A stretch of DNA of 64,000 bases from Plasmodiophora brassicae (GCA_036867785.1 CP145416.1:372001-436000); one strand, 5' to 3'; shown: positions 1-12,849, counted from the stretch's first letter. Program-made: numbers and translations. Notes: generated from the sequence alone by a model not told the origin.

Positions 1-1009
1 CAATCAGGTATCCAAGGTACACCTGGACACCAAGTTAGGATGCCGGTTGGAAACAGGGGACCGTGGGCCATACAAGAACGCCCAGCTTGCTGCGGACGAC
101 TTCACGCCCTGGATTAGCCGCCTTGAGCGCCGCCAGACGGTCAAGCACGAACGGAAACATCAAATCGTCTTCAAGCCGCCCAGACTTGAACAGTTTCGCA
201 ATGGGCTTCGTGTCGATACTGCATCGTTGTTCCGTAGTGATGACTACAGCGTACACACTCTTAGCATCGGGTGCATTGATAGCAACCGCCGCACGTACTG
301 TCATCCAGGGGGTAGATGTCACGTGTATCCAGCGCGTTGGCATCGTACGGAGGTAGGAATTCTCGCACCGCGTCTGCCGATGGCACATCTGCAACAACGC
401 CGTTAAGGGGGGACCGTCCATCAAAACGATGGCAACAGCGCGTACTCCCAATGGACGATTTTCCCGCGATCAGGGCTTGCTGAATGGCACCTTGAGCGGT
501 AGCCTCTTCAACATCGATTCGGTTCATGTCCGCCGACTTCATGGCGCGTTTCCGTTTCTTGCTGCCGAAGTCGTCGATCAGAAGGCGTTTCGTCTCAGCG
601 TAGGTCGACCCGGAGCGATCGTGTTCAAGCATGGAATCCCTGGGTTCGCGCTGCATCGAGAACAAGTTGATGCCCTGCGACGACAGGGTGACGGTGCCCG
701 CATCGGGATCGAAAATTCCGATCGCAAACCGGGTGGCTTGCGGGTCCTCCTTTCGGACAGAGCCTCGATAGTTGAAGGCGCAATCACCTGAACTTTCCAC
801 AATCGTTTCCTTCGCATCACCCGATGTGGACAATGAGAAACGCATCGACTTTGACACAACGTCAGCAGGGATGCCCGATGGGAACGTCACTGAACCGAAT
901 TAGATGCCATTATTATAATACACCAGATATGTTTCGGTCGCTTACATAACTGCGGGTGCAGCGCCGCCTGATCACAGTTGTTGGAGGTAAGCTTGACGCG
1001 GGTCGACAT
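1..1009 (-). CDS. RPA49: RNA polymerase I subunit RPA49/PAF53 (3' end runs off the window)
   Basis: Motifs LIDDFGSKKRKRAMKSADMNRI and FLPPYDANALDTRDIYPLDD resemble A49. ATG at 1009; introns inferred near 891-947 and 200-290. Confidence 0.75.
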
Positions 1010-1456
1010 CGCGAAAAGCCGCCCAGTTCTTCCTGAGGCAGCGGAAGATGGTATCAGCGAACGCTGAAGTCGTTGCGCTCAGCCGTGGCCACGGACTCCG
1101 CAGCGGACTCCGCGCGACGGTCCAGCAGGTCAAGGCACCGAGGACGTGCATAACATGTGACTACATACCCATACCTACCTGTAGAGAAGAACGCATTGCA
1201 GATGAATCTGTCTGCCGTGCCTGATGCGCTGTTGCATGTTTGAACTGCCAACGATCGTGTCGGCGGTGGACAAGGCTAGGTAAGTCCGCATTGCGAAATG
1301 GTCGGCGATGATACCGCGTGACGTTCGTTGGCGAACTGTTGCGTTCACGTAATTCTGTGCGGTTCGAGCACTGGAACCACTGGCGCCTGTGGCATGGCAT
1401 GGCCTGCGGCCGCTCGCGGATGACAAGTCGGCGCGATTTTGCAGGTTGGCGGATCG

Positions 1457-2899
1457 ATGGGCGACCGGACGTCATCGGCGTTGTACCACGTCGTCTGTGA
1501 TACGCCCGATGAATTCGACGCGCGGTTGCGGGTCGCGCAAGACGAGGCGCGACGTCGAGGCGTGCCATTGTTCATCCTGGCGTTCGGCCAGCGGGATCCT
1601 GACACCGGCCGATCGTGGTGCCCTGATGTACGCTGCGTGCCGTTTCCGCCACGTTGTGGACTGTTCTAACGACAGACAGTGCCATGCTGCGTACCCGGTC
1701 ATTATCGGCGCGATGGAGGCGCTTGCCCCATCGGCGTGCCTGCTGGAGATAACGGTGGAGCGAGCGGCGTACAAAGGCAACCCCGCGTACGCCTACCGGC
1801 GGCATAGTGCCTTGCAGCTGAAGGCGATCCCTCAACTGTATCGAATCCAGGACGGCGACGCGCACCCCTGGCTGGAGACCCTTGTGGAGAACGATTGCCT
1901 GGATGCCGGCCGCGTCGAGAAGTTCGTGCTGCTCAGCCCTCGAATCGATCTGGATGCGTACGATACCGTCCTGCTCGATTGCGATGGCGTGTTGTGGACC
2001 GGCCCCCGCATCATGCCTGGCGCCGTCCGGGTTGTCAACGAGCTTCGTCGACGGGTGTGTTGCGGAGGCTGGGTTGCCGGTCGTTCCCTGAACTGTGTGG
2101 CCTGTCCATAGGGCAAGCGGGTCTATTTCGTATCGAATAATTCCATGTCGAGCCGGGAACAATACGTTGCGAAGCTGGCCGCGATGGGCATCCCCGCCGT
2201 CGTGGATGACGTTCTATGCACGTCGTTCGCGGCGGCCCGCTACCTGAAAGATAGGAACCACTCCGGAAAGGTCTATGTGGTCGGCAACGAAGGCATCGGC
2301 ATCGAACTGCGAAACGTGGGCATTGAACCTGTTGAAGGACGACTTGTACGGTTCGCATCCTCGTTCTGGCTCATGGGGTGTGCCGTTAACATCGTTCTCG
2401 ACAGCTGCACGGCCATAACGTTCCAAGGCCGCAGATGGACGCAGTAGTGGTCGACCGGGAGATTACTGCTGTCGTGGTTGGGTTCGACCCCGAGCTAACG
2501 TATGCGAAGGTCGCGTACGCTACCTGGCTCCTTCATAACAACCCGTCCGTGCAGTTTATCTGCACGAACCGCGATGCCACGTTCCCATCTGCCGTTCGGG
2601 TCTATCCCGGGGCAGGCAGCTGCGTCGCTGCCATTGCTGCTGGCTCGCAGCGAGAACCGGTCGACCTCGGCAAGCCGACCACGTTCATGCTCGATCTGCT
2701 AGCAGAGCGACTCGGTGGCCTGGACCGCAAACGCTGTCTGATGATCGGCGACAACCTGTTCACTGACATCGCCTTCGGCCACAATGCCGGTACCAGTACC
2801 GTGCTCGTTCTGTCCGGGGTCAGCAGACTCGACCAGGTTGGTCAACCCGGGACGGCGACCCCCCACTATATCCTCCGATGTATCAACGATCTTCTGTAA
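1457..2899 (+). CDS. TRP14/TXNDC17-like thioredoxin (WCPDC) fused to a HAD-IIA phosphoglycolate/4-nitrophenyl phosphatase
   Basis: Splicing intron 1628-1679 gives RSWCPDCHAAYP. The same exon continues through KAIPQL..LVENDC into YDTVLLDCDGVLW. Later exons contain FVSNNS, LGKP and MIGDNLFTDIAFG. Confidence 0.85.
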
Positions 2900-3043
2900 A
2901 CCGTCATTGTCCTACTGGTTGTTGCGATGCACTGCTGCGGCGTAATGCTTCGCCATTAGACGCATGTCGGCATGCATATGTATTTCGCTTCGGGACACTG
3001 AACGTTGGGGCAACTGATGCCGTGCCCGGCGATTCCGTACAAT

Positions 3044-3850
3044 TCAAAGCTGTTTCAGATTAAGGACCTGGAGAACCTGCGCCATGGTGTCTTCTGGCGA
3101 TGTCACCGTGTGTCCAACCGTCCTGCTGTCATGGAAGATCTCAAAGTCGTTTCCGCCCTTGTGGGTCTTGTCGCCGAAGAAATGCACTTCTTCGAAGCCG
3201 GCCTCTTCGATGAACGTCAGGCAGTACGTCTTGTCCCATCCGGTCGGGAAGACGTCGAAGCTGATCTGGCCGCCGATCGAATACGTCAACTTCTCGTCAG
3301 GGAAGTTCTCCCTGAGCGCCTGGATCATCTTGGCGCGAACCTGGTGGACCTTGTCGTACTGTTCGAATTCGTCCCGTTCCTCCTGCGAACAGTTCCTCCC
3401 GATCGGGCAAATGTTCATCATGCCCTTGCGGAACTCGATGAACGTGCCGCGCTGCTTCGGGATGGTGAGATCAGCGATGTACCGCAGGCAGAACTTCGTG
3501 ATCGCCTGTAGACGCTCCTCGCCCAGGAAATCGAGAATTGACGTCTCCCCGATCGGGGACGCATCGCGATACGCAACCAGCCCGTTCTCGCTGAACCCGT
3601 AATCGAAGACCGAAACGCAATCATCGCCGAGTTGCTCCTTGATCTTGCTCAGGTCAGAGCCGCCGACGAACCCGATGACGACGTGCCTTTTCAGCGCCTT
3701 CAGGAAATCCTTCATCTCCGACGTCGCTGGCTGCGGGGGGCGGGCTCAGCGCCATTCCTCGTCCCAACCGACGCGGGGACCTACCAGCCGTGGCCGCGTC
3801 AGCGTCCCGTCGACGTCGAACAGCATGATCTTCCGCCGAGACGCCGTCAT
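3044..3850 (-). CDS. PMM: Phosphomannomutase (eukaryotic PMM)
   Basis: [76 protein letters not shown]; one intron near 3730-3785. Confidence 0.95.
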
Positions 3851-4299
3851 GATCTGCGTCCCCGTGTCCGCCGCGCGCGGCAATCCCAAAATGCCAACGT
3901 GGCACACTGGCACGGGCCCCGGTGCGTGATTGACAGCGACGCGGTGTCGCGGTGCGTGATGGAGCCAATGCCGCCGGGCACTGGGCACGCACGGGGTGTT
4001 TTGGCGAGAGCCTGTGCCGAAGTATTACCGCGTCGTGCCCGCATCGCAGCAGGTTACTCGAGCGCCGTATACAGGCAATCGATGCCAGACCCACCTGGAC
4101 GTTAGGTCAACGGTTGCCGCTCCTGTCGGCCAAGAGAGCACCGGCACCGGCACCTTGAGGAACCCAGTACCGTCGCGGGACCTGCCGATGGCGGCGGTCT
4201 ATATTCGGGGAACTAGACAACGCCCGATCGGTAACTGGGGGGATTGGGTTTCGACCACCACTGGCAGTGTATTGGTTTGATGGCCCGGCGTCGCCTCGT

Positions 4300-5268
4300 T
4301 CAGCAGCGTTCCCTGGCTGTGAACAGGATGTTGGCGGCGCCGAGCAGTCGTTCGTCAATCATCGGGGCGGGGACGTCCTCCCCGGTTAGGAACGATGGTG
4401 AATGTGCCGGCCGTGGTGGCTTGATCGGCTGGCCGTTCCGATAGGCAACGGGGATCGATATGGAGGTAGGGAACCCTTCTCCTTGAGCCCCTGGCTGCTC
4501 ACCTACACCAATCGCCATACGTGACTTGAACTTGGCCTCCGGGGACGTGGCCCTGGTATGGCGTTTAGCGTCTGAACGTCCGACAGCGACCACTGGGACG
4601 TACTGGCAGCCCTCCATTTCCGTCCTGGTGACATGGAGGCAGTACTGGTACAGTTCAGCGCCCTCGCCGGTGGCGGGCGCTAACCGGCGCCCCGGTCTGG
4701 CCGCGCTGTTCATGGCCCAGCAGTGCCGCTGCACGCGCCGCATAGTCGAGTTCCACCTGTTCTTGATGGCATTGTCGGTCCTACCGGGCAGGAACTTGGC
4801 GATCTCCGACCAGCGGCTGCCGCGTATCATGTGCTCGCGGATGATGGTTTGGTCCTCCTCGCCCGACCAGCGATCTCGACGGATGGCCGGGTTCAGGTGG
4901 TTGTGCCATCTGGGTGCCATGTTAGCGCGTCTGATGAAACGATCAAGACGAACGTACGCACCGTTCGCGACACTGCTTCCCTGTTCGTCGTTTGAGGAAC
5001 ATGCCTACCCTTGTCCACTTCTTAGTCCCGTAGGCCCGAACGAATTCCTCGATTTGCTCGTCCTCCTGACGGGTGGCCACGTCAGAAAGGGTGAAGAAGA
5101 CGTCCCCGCCTGGTCACCGACCTCTCGCGTCCAGGATCCCCATCCTCTCTTGTACTCCTCGGCAGGGGCGGCCGCGTTGCTCGACTCACCTTGCTCCTGG
5201 TCGAGGTCCTGCTCGTCTTCGGGGCTCCGGTACCCAGCGCTAGCACCACCAGATTCACTCTCCGTCAT
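4300..5268 (-). CDS. R2R3-MYB transcription factor
   Basis: MYB repeats GSWTRE and [49 protein letters not shown]; short introns. Confidence 0.9.
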
Positions 5269-5748
5269 CCTTGTCGACAGCGGCAGGCGCGGGAGGACGA
5301 CGACCCCGAATTTGAATCGGCGACTACCTTGACCGTGCTAACCGATTATGGTCGGCGGGACCGTTTGGAGGGGGTAGTCGCCGCGCCGCGATTACCAGTA
5401 CTAGGTCGATCCCCCGCGACCTCCCCGCCTAACAACAACGCCATACCGGATCGATCAGCTCCCTCTCTGTCTAACCCTGATCATCAATCGTCCAACTGCA
5501 TCCGGCGCAAGCGAGACGGCTGCCTTGCTGTCCGCATCTGCACGTCGGAGGGGGAATACAATACGTACAGTACTGCTGCGGACATGCAGTCGACGCGGAA
5601 AGGGTGACGGGCCGACAGGTCCCGACTGCCGCGCCATTTTCCACTGCGCGACCTGCCGCCGGCGCCGGGCTGGTCGTGTGCAATGGCCGCCGCCGCCGGC
5701 CCATTTCGATTTTGGGGAGGCATCGTTCAGGACCGGCCGGGAGGGGGG

Positions 5749-6841
5749 ATGTCGACTGGGCTGGTCGGCGTCGATGTCGTATGGGTCGTGCTGGGCGCCA
5801 TCGCCGTCGTCCCGCTGCTGCTGATGCTGCTCGAGGTCGGGTACCGCGTCATCAAGCCGTCCGTGCCGCTCCAGGGCACGCACGTCATTGTCGTCGGCGG
5901 ATCGACGGGGATCGGCCTGTCCATGGCGATCCAGGCTGCGAAGGAGCGTGCCCGGGCCATCACGCTGGTGTCCAGGTCGCAGGAGAAACTGCAGGCGGCG
6001 AGGCAGGCCGTCCTGGCGAGCGCGGCAGACCCCGGCTGCGCTGTCGACACGATCTCCGCCGATGCGACGAACTTCAAAACCATGGCTGTCGCGATCGACA
6101 GCGCCGTGCAGACGCACGGGCCGCCCGACTATTTAATCTGTGCGGCCGGCGCGTCCCATCCTGGGTATTTCCTGCAGCAGCCGGTCGAAACGTTCAGGGA
6201 TTCGATGGAGTTGAACTACATGGGCACTGTCGTCTGCCTGAAGGCGGCGGTGCCGCACATGGCCGCTGTCCGGCAGGGCCACTGCATCCTGATCAGCTCC
6301 GGGGCTGGCCTGTCGGGCTGGCTGGGCTACTCGTCGTACAGCCCGACAAAGTTCGCCATTCGTGGCCTGGCCGAGGCGTTGAGGAATGAGCTGACCGGGT
6401 TCAACATCAAGGTGTCGATTGCGTACCCGCCCGACACGGACACGCCCGGCTTCGAGCACGAGAACAAGACCAAACCGGTTCGTCTTTGCTGTTCCCGCCA
6501 ATTGCCCTGGCCGTGTCTGACACTTATCGAACGGACAGGTCGAGACTGTCGAGATGCTGCCGCCGTCGACGTATTCACCGGCGATGGTCGCCTCGTACAT
6601 ATGGTACTCGGTCGGCAAGGGCGACTTCAACTGCTCCTGTCCGGATCTCATTCAGGACTTCCTCATTGCGTTGATGTCGGGCGTCACTCCTCGGCGCATG
6701 TATATATTCGATGCCATCATGCACCCGATCATGCTGATCGTCGCAACGGTCTTCCGATGGAACGCCGACCGCATATCGTCCGCATACCCGAAACGGATCG
6801 AAGGTTCACCCGTCTCCACCGACACCCTCAAAATGCACTAG
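5749..6841 (+). CDS. KDSR: 3-ketodihydrosphingosine reductase (SDR family)
   Basis: N-terminal TM segment, GGSTGIG, YSSYSPTKFAIRGLAEAL, YPPDTDTPGFEHENKTKP; intron 6478-6538. Confidence 0.9.
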
Positions 6842-6904
6842 CCGGAACGAGTGCCTGTTGACGATAAGAATATATTACAGGACGTTTATGAGCAAGTGGA
6901 TTGG

Positions 6905-8412
6905 TTATAACTTGACTGCTGACGGATTGTGAAGGCGCTGTTGAATGCCGACCGAGTGTTGAAGTTTCTCCTCCCTCGTGAACGCCTCTCGCAGCGCTTT
7001 CTTCTGCTGTCGACGTTCGCTTCGTGCCTTGCGCACCGCTGCCTTTCGCTCGCGCTTCTGCTCAGCCGACTCCTTCACGGGACGCGACTGGCCCAGGTTG
7101 ACCTCGTTCGCCTCGTGTTCCTGCGTCTGGGTATCAGCAGGGTGTTGATCCTCAAGGTCGGGCAGGCCACGCCTTGTCAGCTTTATGCGGTCGCGCCGAG
7201 GTTCCGCAATAAGGACGGGATGGTTCTCCAGGTTCGACAGCGTTGAAAGGATGGATTCGCAATCCCAAGACTCCCGAACGGGGGGACAGCATTCGCGCTC
7301 CAACGCCCGGTTGTCTTCTTCGGTGTCGTAGGCCTCGCCTTCCTGGATCTGTCGCAGAACGTGATGTCGGGTCAGGGAGATGACTTCGTCGGCCTCGGCG
7401 GAGACGTTCGGTCCCGGGACGTATTTCGTCTCAGCGTGGGAGATGAACTCGTCCAGGTAGGTGTCCTCGACGTTCGCGCACACGCCAACGACGTCCTCAT
7501 CCAGCTCACCAATTTCGTCGCTGTCGTACTGCAGCATCAGGTTGTCGAAAGCGGCGTCAAGCTCGCCCAGTAGCCCAGGGCGATCTGGACGTCCACGCTC
7601 CACCCATGCATCATCGTCGTCATCTTCGTACTGCCTGTCTTGCTTGCGGACATACGCTGTCAGATCATCGTCAATGTCAGATATCGGCTCCTCGTCAGAT
7701 ATCATGGCCTGCTGAACAAAGTCCTCGTCGAGCTCATCGAAATCGTCGCTGTCGCTAAACCTGCCAAGCAGCGCGTCTTGAACCTATACAAACAGCGTCT
7801 CAGAACAGCAATGAAACACCAAGCAATGGGGAAACAGTAGTAGACAGGAGTCGTCAGAGTAACTATGACATCGCAAAGCGAAACAAGTCCCCAACAAAGT
7901 GGTCGTCCTTGCCCAAAACGGACAGGCGTCAACCATTCGGAAGTATCAAAAGTTCATCACACGATCCCAGCAAGCAAAGGGTCAAAATCCAAACTTACAT
8001 CGGTGGGAAGGTGACGAACAACGCCAGTCACGAGTGCGTCCCTGGCAAGTACACCAGTGGCTTCTTCGTACTGCGACGGGAGGGCTTCGGCGGGCAGAAG
8101 AACCCTTGATCGGAATTGTCCGGAAGATGGGACGTATTCTAGATCGTCATCATCACCACTGCCAACGGAGACTTGTCCACTGACATCAGCACGCGTCTCT
8201 TCGCAATGCCTTGCGGTCGGGAAGAGAACTTCGCCGCCGTCTTCATCTTCGGCATGTTTGCGTCGCTGGGCGGCTTGACGCGCTTCACGACGACGGACGT
8301 TCTGGACGGTGGTGGCCTCCTGAAGTACGAGCTTCGAACTGTTCTCGTCAAGGATCAGCGGGTCCCGATCACTGCGATGGACGAGATGAAACTTGACTGC
8401 CCGCTTCCCCAT
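6905..8412 (-). CDS. LTV1: Low temperature viability protein LTV1 (40S biogenesis)
   Basis: N-terminal KFHLVHRSDRDPL, WDCESILSTLSNLENHPVLI, and a basic C-terminal segment (ERKAAVRKARSERRQQKK). Confidence 0.9.
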
Positions 8413-8646
8413 GGCGTCTGCTAGTCCGTGACGGACTCCGCCGCGGAGCCATCAACTATCCGGCCGCGCCCTAAAATTACGTATACCGCGAACAAACCCG
8501 GGCAGAGCGCGCCAACTTCAAGGGAGGATCCCCGTGCACTGGGTCGCATGCAGCGGAAACTCGCCGGAATGGGTTTTATAAAGCGTGCCCTGTGTGCATC
8601 AACGTGCCAACAAAGGAAGGATGGGTCAACCAAGAAGAGGCGGTTC

Positions 8647-10138
8647 TCAGCTGGAGACAACGGTGATGGCCTTGGCAACTGGCTCGCCGGGTGGCTGCGG
8701 CTCACCGACTTCCTTGTGCTTCAGTTTCCCGTTCTGCTGCTTGATCAGCAGGCGCATAAACGGGGAGAAGTAGTCTCCGTAGCGACGCTGGAGCTCGGGG
8801 ATACGCCAGTCGGACGACGTGATCTTGCCACGACAGATGCTGCTGTTGCAGCTGCAGACGAAGTTGTCACTCGGCTCGGTTATCAGGCCATCGTTCACCA
8901 TCGCGTAGTCGATTGTGATCTCTTCGCCCTCTTGGATGTCGCGAATGGCAACGACCGTGACAGAGTCGAGCATGCCACAGGACGGGTCGCAACTGTGGTT
9001 TACGTAGTCGGTCGTCTCACACTTGTCGCCGCTCTCCTTCCATGCAGGAACTGTAAATGGATGTCAGCCTCAATGTTGATGGGGGGCTGCCTGCGAAAAC
9101 CACTCTGCCAAAGGTCTTGGTGGACCTGGAGGGACATCTCCCAGTCGCGAGCAGACAGCGCGCCCGGTTCCAGCAGCTGGTCGCGATGAACGACTTTGCC
9201 GGAGAACACAAGGATCTTTTCGCCAGCGCGGAACGCCATCCCAGGAGTCGTGCGACAGAACATGCCGAGTGCGCCATCGGGTCTGTGCCGAAGTTCGGCA
9301 CGCGGATCGTACCAGCTGGGCGATTGCCATTGGGTCACTCGTCGGCAGCAGGCCAACCTTCACACATACCTGTTCTCCGAATGCTTACGCCAGATGTACT
9401 CGGTCAGGTGCCCATGGTAGCGTTTCACGAACGCCCGGCTTCGCCATTCAGAAAACGTTAACACGCCGCGGCACTGTCCTGACCCGCACTGGCACTTCAT
9501 ACCGGAGTGCAGTGACGCCTAGCGACGATAATGGTCGTCATATCAAGTCCGATCAAGCCCCAGCACCTCAACTTGCCTCGGTCTCGGTAAACGAGTAGTC
9601 GTAGACCAACTGCTCGCCGGCCTTGATGTCCCGCATCGCCACGATGCGCTCGTCAGTGTCGTACCTGGCGCGCATCGATCAGGGATTGTTGTGCCAGGGC
9701 ACCCGTTGCAGCGGCTGTCACCAGGTATTCGGCGAGCAGGAGTGATTGAAGAAAAAGGACGGGTCCGATTCGGGATCCGCCGTCGACGAAAACTCTGACG
9801 CAATGCAAACCGTTAGTGTTCCCTCCTGACAGCGCGCCGGCACTCGTCGACGCATACGGTCGTCGCCCAGCATGTAGGAAAACATGACGAGTTTCTCCCG
9901 CTGCGGGTGCGCCTCGATCTGCGTCCGGGTGTAAACGTCGACAGGCTCCGTGCCCTTATCGTGCCACCAGATGAGCGCACCTGCCGACCCACACACACGC
10001 GCCGTTAATGGGCACAACGTCACGGCGCCGAGGCCCACCCAGTGCGTTACCGGCCGGCATGTCGACCTTGGCGAACAGCCCTCTGCAGGCGAACCCGTAC
10101 GCGTCGAACGGGCGCACCTCGATCGTGTCAGGCAGCAT
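8647..10138 (-). CDS. Tandem double SET/post-SET domain protein (putative lysine methyltransferase)
   Basis: Module 1: GLFAKVDMPAG..FFNHSCSPN..GEQLVYDY..CQCGSGQCRG. Module 2: GMFCR..YVNHSCDP..GEEITIDY..CSCNSSICRG. The two modules join in frame across short introns. Confidence 0.8.
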
Positions 10139-10447
10139 GGCGGGGGCGCGCGATGCGGATGCGAACGACGACGACCAGGGGCAGGGCAGCAAGCACAAAC
10201 GGGTCTGCGCGGGGAACCCTCGGCCCCCGGTGCGAAGCGCGCGCCCACGGGTCACGACGCGTAACGTTACGGCGGCCGGCAGCCCCGCGCTACTTTCGTC
10301 TTTGGGAACGTACCTACTACCACTGGTCCACTGTACCGGCAGCGGCACGCCAACGGCGAGGCCGCTCTCCAGCAGCGACCTGCGCCCACGAGAGCACCGC
10401 TTGTGGGAGACGCGGCATCCGCAGGCAGCGAGCGCCCATCGAATAAT

Positions 10448-10466
10448 ACACACACACACACACACA
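10448..10466. repeat. (AC)9 microsatellite
   Basis: acacacacacacacacaca just downstream of the phosphonatase stop. Confidence 0.9.
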
Positions 10467-10514
10467 GCGTATAGAGAAACATGGGTCGACACATCAGCGA
10501 CGGGGGTGGGGGGT

Positions 10515-11573
10515 CTACGGGCGATCGCCCGCAGCGAGACGGGCGTTGACGTCGTTGACGACGTCCGGAAGCAGGTGGATGGAGTCGATGACGTAGTGCG
10601 CGCCGCTGCTGACCAGTTTGTCCCGGGAGTACTGGATTCGACGTTGTTTCTCATCGTCGGGCATGCGTTCCCATTCGTCCAGGGATGCCACGTTCGTGTA
10701 GTTGCCGCACCCGGCAATGCCAACCGCCCAGCAGCCAGCGTTGAGCCCCTCGCCGATCCCGCCGACCGTGTCGTCAACCTTAACAACTGACTGTATCGGG
10801 TACACGCCCAGCCGAACAAGGTTCTCGTACACCTGCACCCGATCAGCACCGGATCCAACCGGGCAAGGCAATGCGCCCCAACCATGAAAGGCGTCGGCCG
10901 GAACCCCATATCGTTCTGTACGCTATCGCCTGCAACACTGGCGTCCGGAACGAAACCCTGGGCGGCAGTATCCTCAAGGAGAACGTCGACCATGGCCTCA
11001 GTAAACCCAGTCGTAACGCCAATCTTGCAGCCGAGCTCCTCTCGTAGCTTCCGGACGGCTTCACGCGCGCCTGGAACTGGCACCCCGTCAGCACACGCAT
11101 CCTCCGCCGTCGGAACGGCAACCAGCCGTACTTAACGACGAATACTTGCGAAGCGCGCTGACCTGCAACGGGACGAAGTCGTCGAACAGAGCTTTGACGT
11201 CATCAGGCGTGGGCGCAGCTCCGTTCTTAACCCGACGCCAGCGCCGTTGCACATCGGGGATCTCCAGGATCTTCTCGATGTGCAGATCCTTGCGCAAGCC
11301 CATGGGCAGGCGCGCCTCCTCCATCGTGATCGGCACGCCGTGCTCGGCGAACACGTCCCGGAACACGACAGCGGGTGCGAGCACGTGCGCATCGGCGACC
11401 GTCCCGCTCCAGTCCAGCACCACCGCCTTGACGGGGCCTTTGTACAGGGCCGACGCCCGCTCTTCCGACGTCAGCCGCCGAACGCCACTCGGCAGCGCAT
11501 TCAACGGCGGCGCTCCTGTCGGCCGCACCACCGTCGACAGCACGCGCTTGCACAACGCCCCATGAATCAGCAT
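10515..11573 (-). CDS. phnX: Phosphonoacetaldehyde hydrolase (phosphonatase) with an N-terminal presequence
   Basis: VKAVVLDWSGTVAD, EEARLPMGLRKDLHI (Schiff-base Lys), VVKVDDTVGGIGEGLNAGCWAVG, GAHYVIDSI; two short introns. Confidence 0.92.
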
Positions 11574-11863
11574 TCCTCCGTATGGGTCGGTCGGATCGGA
11601 CCCGAGGGCGGCCGAGCGCCCCCCGCAGTCATTGCGGGCGACTCATATTGGCCATTGGCGCACGACTGGACGCGTCGTGCGTTACACGGCAGCAGATCTC
11701 TGGCTCTGTGTCATGTGCGGCAGCATGACCGCAGGCTTCCTGCAAAAAACAACTGTGCAGTGACGTGGTCACGAGGATCGCCGTTTGTTTTTTGGTCGTG
11801 CTGGGGTCACAGACAGAGACAGCGGGGAAGTGGTAGCGGGCGACCGCGTCAGGGCACGTCGGG

Positions 11864-12211
11864 ATGACAGCAGAGAGGCCAGCAGCGGCGCCGACCAGCG
11901 CCGACCTCAAGTGGGAGGACAAGGACCCGGTGACGGCCATGGAGATCATTGAGTTGCGCGCTCGCGAACGCGCGATGGATGGTAGGTGGCCGGGGGGAGG
12001 CGGGCGGATCGATGGGGGGCGTGACGATGATCGTTGCATGGATGTAGAGGAGCGTCTGTTCCTGATTGGCCAGCAGCTCAAGCACTGCTACCGCAAGTAC
12101 GGCGTGACCCATCACAGGAAATGCGAGAAGTGGTGCCTGGCTTACCTGGAAGCCAAGAAGCAGCTCGAACGCCCGCGCCCGTTCAAGAAGCCGTTACCGG
12201 ACAACCCGTAA
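11864..12211 (+). CDS. NDUFB10: Complex I subunit NDUFB10 (PDSW)-like
   Basis: After intron ~11982-12047: DPVTAMEIIELRARERAMDEERLFLIGQQLKHCYRKYGVTHHRKCEKWCLAYLE, matching the CYR.EGVNH..KC pattern. Confidence 0.75.
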   Translation: MTAERPAAAPTSADLKWEDKDPVTAMEIIELRARERAMDGRWPGGGGRIDGGRDDDRCMDVEERLFLIGQQLKHCYRKYGVTHHRKCEKWCLAYLEAKKQLERPRPFKKPLPDNP

Positions 12212-12849
12212 ACGTTGCCTTTGGCTTTACAGACGTTTCCAGACACCCTCGTTGAACTAAAACATGAGCGCGTATGATAGCAATCGTGGCTGGAGCTCAG
12301 GACGAACGCGCGAAGGGTTGGCACGCTGGGGTACCTATACGATAGGTGACGCCCTGCAGACCGCTGCGGTCCCTTGAGCCTGCGCGTTTGTCGATGATCA
12401 GGTTTGCCGCCGCCAATAGCGCGTTTCCACTCGGATGCGAACCAGGACGTTCCTACTGTGATGACGGCGCTAGCCAGCGGTCGCGTTCCTGCGTGCACAT
12501 CGAACAGCGGCAGCAGCAGCAGTGACGCGCGCGAGGACGCGCAGCATGTTGTCCCGCGGCGTATGCGGTGCTGGGATGCGGGCGGCATGCGCTCCTCCTG
12601 GCACAGCTACATCGCCCCTAAAGCCTGTTTCCCCGACATGCCTTTACCCGAATGACATTTTGGTCGACGTTTTTGCACGTTGCATTCGGTCGCGCAGCCG
12701 CAGGGCGCACGGGTGCTGCCGGTGCCACCGTCGCGGTTTCCACACGCTGTACGGGTCAGGTCAGGTCAGGTGGCCCCGGCGCGGGGCTTCGGCTGGAGTT
12801 TGCACGTAGGTAGGAGGCCGTCCAGCGAGGTTTCCATTCGGCCCTGCCG

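Noticed and set aside
1048-1340. Possible small + strand gene between RPA49 and the TRP14-PGP gene
   Set aside because: The ATG is only ~40 nt from the divergent RPA49 start, and I could not build a coherent spliced product or find a motif.
1457-11573. Three HAD hydrolases (PGP, PMM, PhnX) within 10 kb as a metabolic cluster
   Set aside because: Different subfamilies and pathways, separated by unrelated genes; probably chance.
12404-12809. Short ORFs and a GGTCA x3 repeat upstream of the 12850 gene
   Set aside because: No protein-like signal, and the repeat is too short to interpret.
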